Source of the DNA: Patescibacteria group bacterium | GTDB taxonomy: Bacteria > Patescibacteriota > UBA1384 > JBAYJO01 | Reading direction: 5' to 3' | Length of the DNA stretch: 64,000 bases | NCBI GenBank assembly: GCA_041665085.1 | Contig: JBAYJO010000004.1 | Location: 20,004 to 84,003, forward strand | In this document: piece after piece, positions 61,384-64,000 of the stretch | Layout: every line of letters starts with the position of its first letter | Numbering within the stretch: the stretch's first letter is position 1 | Made by a program: the position numbers and the translations under genes | The notes under the pieces: model-generated | The model's input: only the letters and a program-made list of their open reading frames with translations | What the model was told of the DNA's origin: nothing | The model's database searches: none

Positions 61384-61525
61384 AATATCAACCTCCTTGT
61401 AGTGTGAGCTAAGTCCTAAGTATTATATATTAAATACAAAAAATAATCAATGCGTATTGCTAGAAAATTATTCAAAAATATTTTAAAATAAGATATAATT
61501 TAGAAAATATATTTATTTGTTTATT

Positions 61526-62500
61526 ATGCACATAACTAAAAATCAAATATTAATCGCACTAGGTCTAATCGTAATTTTAGCAATCGTGCTTTTTGGTAAT
61601 ATCTCTGGCCCTGATATGAAAAAACAAACAAACGGCAATGTAAAAGGTGTAGAAATTGATAATACTGATATACCGGAAAAAATTGAGCTCTCAGAAGTTG
61701 CAAAACCGCCAGTTCAAATAAATAGCGTTAAAATAAATCCGGCTGCAAAAAATGTTATCTTAATTGATCAAGAGACCGGTCAAGTAATGTATGAGAAGGG
61801 TGCAAACGAAAGCGTTTCTATTGCATCAACAACAAAATTAACAACAACAGCGATTGTACTGGAAAATCCTGATATTTTTGATTTAAAAGAAGTAATAACC
61901 GTAAAAAAAGAAACTGCTCTTGTGCCCGGATCAATCATGGGTTTAAAACCTAATGAAAAAATTACTGTTGAAAATTTATTAAATGGACTGCTTGTTGTTT
62001 CCGGAAATGATGCCGCAAGAACACTGGCTGATCATTATGGAAATATTGATGATTTTGTTAAAAAAATGAACGACAAAGCAGAGGAGCTAGGAATGACGAA
62101 TTCTATTTATAAAGATCCGGCTGGTTATGAAGATGAGGGAAAATCATCTGCACGAGATCTTGCAATTATTGCTTCATACGATCTGAAATTTCCCAAATTT
62201 AGAGAGATAATTAAAAAAACCGAATTTGATATTTTTTCAACTGATGGAGTAGTGAAGCATCATATGAAAAATTCCAATCGATTAGTTGACCCATCAGAAC
62301 CTCTTTATTTGCCAAATGCAATTGGAATGAAAACAGGATTTACGCTTGAAGCAGGTCATTGTTTGGTTTCAGCGGCAACTAAAAACAATCACACTATAAT
62401 AAGTGTGGTTTTAAATACAAATTCTTCGACAAATGACGCATCAGCTCGCGTTTCACGAGAAGTTTTAAATTGGGGTCTCACAAACTGGAGTTGGGACTAA
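61526..62500 (+). CDS. dacA: D-alanyl-D-alanine carboxypeptidase (peptidase S11)
   Basis: ASTTK (SxxK), SGN, KTG; N-terminal TM. Confidence 0.88.
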   Translation: MHITKNQILIALGLIVILAIVLFGNISGPDMKKQTNGNVKGVEIDNTDIPEKIELSEVAKPPVQINSVKINPAAKNVILIDQETGQVMYEKGANESVSIASTTKLTTTAIVLENPDIFDLKEVITVKKETALVPGSIMGLKPNEKITVENLLNGLLVVSGNDAARTLADHYGNIDDFVKKMNDKAEELGMTNSIYKDPAGYEDEGKSSARDLAIIASYDLKFPKFREIIKKTEFDIFSTDGVVKHHMKNSNRLVDPSEPLYLPNAIGMKTGFTLEAGHCLVSAATKNNHTIISVVLNTNSSTNDASARVSREVLNWGLTNWSWD

Positions 62501-62510
62501 TTCTAAGAAA

Positions 62511-63200
62511 CTATTCCTTCCAATTCTCCAAAGCATTACTTGCAGCCGCCTGTTCGGCTGCTTGTTTAGAACTACCTGAACCTTCGCCAAGTAAATTATC
62601 ACCTAAAAAAACTCCAATAGTAAAACTCTTGCTATGGTCAGGCCCAAATTCTTTAAGCAAACTATAATTCGGAGTTATACCTTTTTGTTCTTGAGCAATT
62701 TCCTGTAATCTACTCTTAGAATCAATATACAATTTCTTTTCTAAAATTTCCTCAAGTCTATATAACAGATTTTTTTCAATAAATTTCGAACTGGCTTCAT
62801 AACCTTGATCTAAATAAATAGCACCAATCAATGCTTCAAAAGCATTAGCTAAAATTATTTGTCTAGCTTTGCCGGCAGATTTCGCTTCACCCTTGCTTAA
62901 ATATAAAAATTCTTCCATTTCGATAACTGCTGCAAGCTCTGAAAGCATTGCGCCCCTAACAAGAGCAGCTCTCCAGTTGGTTAATTCACCTTCAGGATTT
63001 TTGTAATTTTTATATAAATACTCTGTTACAACAAGTTCCAATACCGCATCACCTAAAAATTCCAATCTTTCATTGTGATCCAAATCAAAACCAGGACTTT
63101 CGTTAATATATGACCTGTGAACAAAAACTTGCCTTAATAAATTTTTATCATTAAATATAAAACCTATTTTTTCTTCAAATTTTGATAAATCTTTTTGCAT
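62511..63200 (-). CDS. rnc: Ribonuclease III
   Basis: HNERLEFLGDAVL, FEALIGAIYLD, C-terminal dsRBD. Confidence 0.98.
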   Translation of the reverse strand: MQKDLSKFEEKIGFIFNDKNLLRQVFVHRSYINESPGFDLDHNERLEFLGDAVLELVVTEYLYKNYKNPEGELTNWRAALVRGAMLSELAAVIEMEEFLYLSKGEAKSAGKARQIILANAFEALIGAIYLDQGYEASSKFIEKNLLYRLEEILEKKLYIDSKSRLQEIAQEQKGITPNYSLLKEFGPDHSKSFTIGVFLGDNLLGEGSGSSKQAAEQAAASNALENWKE

Positions 63201-63203
63201 CGC

Positions 63204-63638
63204 TTATTTCTCCTGATCGTCTTCCGGATTATATCTTTCGCTCGATCTGTAAATAGTACCAAGAACTCCATTTATAAATTTAGATGAATTTTCACCGCCA
63301 AATGATTTTGACAATTCAACAGCTTCATTAATAACCACCTTTGGGGGAACATCGCTTAAAAACTTAAGCTCATAAACCGCAAGTCTTAAAATTGCTTTAT
63401 CAATCGGCGCAATTTGCTCAATTGGCCACTCCGGAGCTGATTTACTTATTTCATTATCAACAGCCTCAACTTCCTTGATAATTCCGTCGGTTGTTTTTTT
63501 AATAAATTCCAAATCAACTTCTTCATTATATGAAGAAATATTTCTTTGTTTAATTTCTTCAATATCTTCAGAATCAGCACGAAAATCCCATTCATAAATG
63601 GTTTGCATAACAATAATTCGTGACAAATGTCGGTTCAT
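63204..63638 (-). CDS. nusB: Transcription antitermination factor NusB
   Basis: DKAILRLAVYEL, VPPKVVINEAVEL, FINGVLG. Confidence 0.97.
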   Translation of the reverse strand: MNRHLSRIIVMQTIYEWDFRADSEDIEEIKQRNISSYNEEVDLEFIKKTTDGIIKEVEAVDNEISKSAPEWPIEQIAPIDKAILRLAVYELKFLSDVPPKVVINEAVELSKSFGGENSSKFINGVLGTIYRSSERYNPEDDQEK

Positions 63639-63647
63639 CTTATCCCT

Positions 63648-63851
63648 TTATTCTTGAATAGGTGCTTCTGACTTTTTATCTAAATCGATAATCGTTTTGC
63701 CTCTGTATGTACCACAATTTTTGCATACATTATGCGGTTTAACAGGTTCGTGGCATTTTTCACATTTTGCCAAACTAATTGCACTTAAACTGTCATGACT
63801 TTTTCGATTGCCTGACCTTGTCGAGGTTAATCGCTTTTTCGGCATTCCCAT
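63648..63851 (-). CDS. rpmF: 50S ribosomal protein L32
   Basis: PKKR, CEKC..PHNVCKNCGTYRG. Confidence 0.95.
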   Translation of the reverse strand: MGMPKKRLTSTRSGNRKSHDSLSAISLAKCEKCHEPVKPHNVCKNCGTYRGKTIIDLDKKSEAPIQE

Positions 63852-63866
63852 AGTTATTCCTTTCAG

Positions 63867-63985
63867 TCAAATTTCTAATTATTAATTACTAATTTCTAAT
63901 TAAATCCCAATTAATCAATGACTAGTTTAACTCTATTTAATTTTCATAATTGATTAGTCATTAGAAATTAGGAATTTGTCATTTA
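63867..63985. repeat. Heptamer-based AT-rich palindromic element
   Basis: AATTTCTAAT units and AATGACTA mirrored by TAGTCATT-AGAAATTAGG; same family as 32222-32410. Confidence 0.55.
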
Positions 63986-64000
63986 CTAAAATATTATATC

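Noticed and set aside
1-64000. Genome-wide alternative genetic code
   Set aside because: Conserved genes are intact under code 11 and fusA, rbfA and hsdS end at TGA at expected positions

Overview
AT-rich chromosomal window of a reduced-genome bacterium, most likely Patescibacteria/CPR. This is inferred from the absence of rpmD between rpsE and rplO, trimmed PheS/PheT/AspS and shortened r-proteins. It uses the standard code (TGA ends fusA and other genes). Layout: 3' end of obgE; two tandem paralogous secreted low-complexity proteins; rpoBC; the str, S10, spc and alpha clusters (interrupted by a LysM gene and an unannotated 58-aa metallothionein-like gene); rplM-rpsI-rbfA; pheS/pheT; rluB; aspS. 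An accessory region follows (about 37.9-54.7 kb): GC-richer orphan genes, an NYN nuclease with a convergent small-RNA candidate, a type I R-M operon interleaved with ASCH, Fic, trypsin-like, HEPN-like and PD-(D/E)XK genes, a kinase-like ORF, a TGA-interrupted STAS gene and a type II R-M pair. Most of it (40.3-54.7 kb) lies between two copies of a GAAC-N7-GAAC + DnaA-box motif. The window ends with ABC-F, a Pif1-like helicase, M23 peptidase, a CsrA-like gene, dacA, rnc, nusB and rpmF. Short palindromic repeat elements occur between genes and in-frame inside rplW, pheT, hsdM and hsdS. No rRNA, tRNA, CRISPR array, integrase or transposase was recognised. All calls are by eye; no searches were run.
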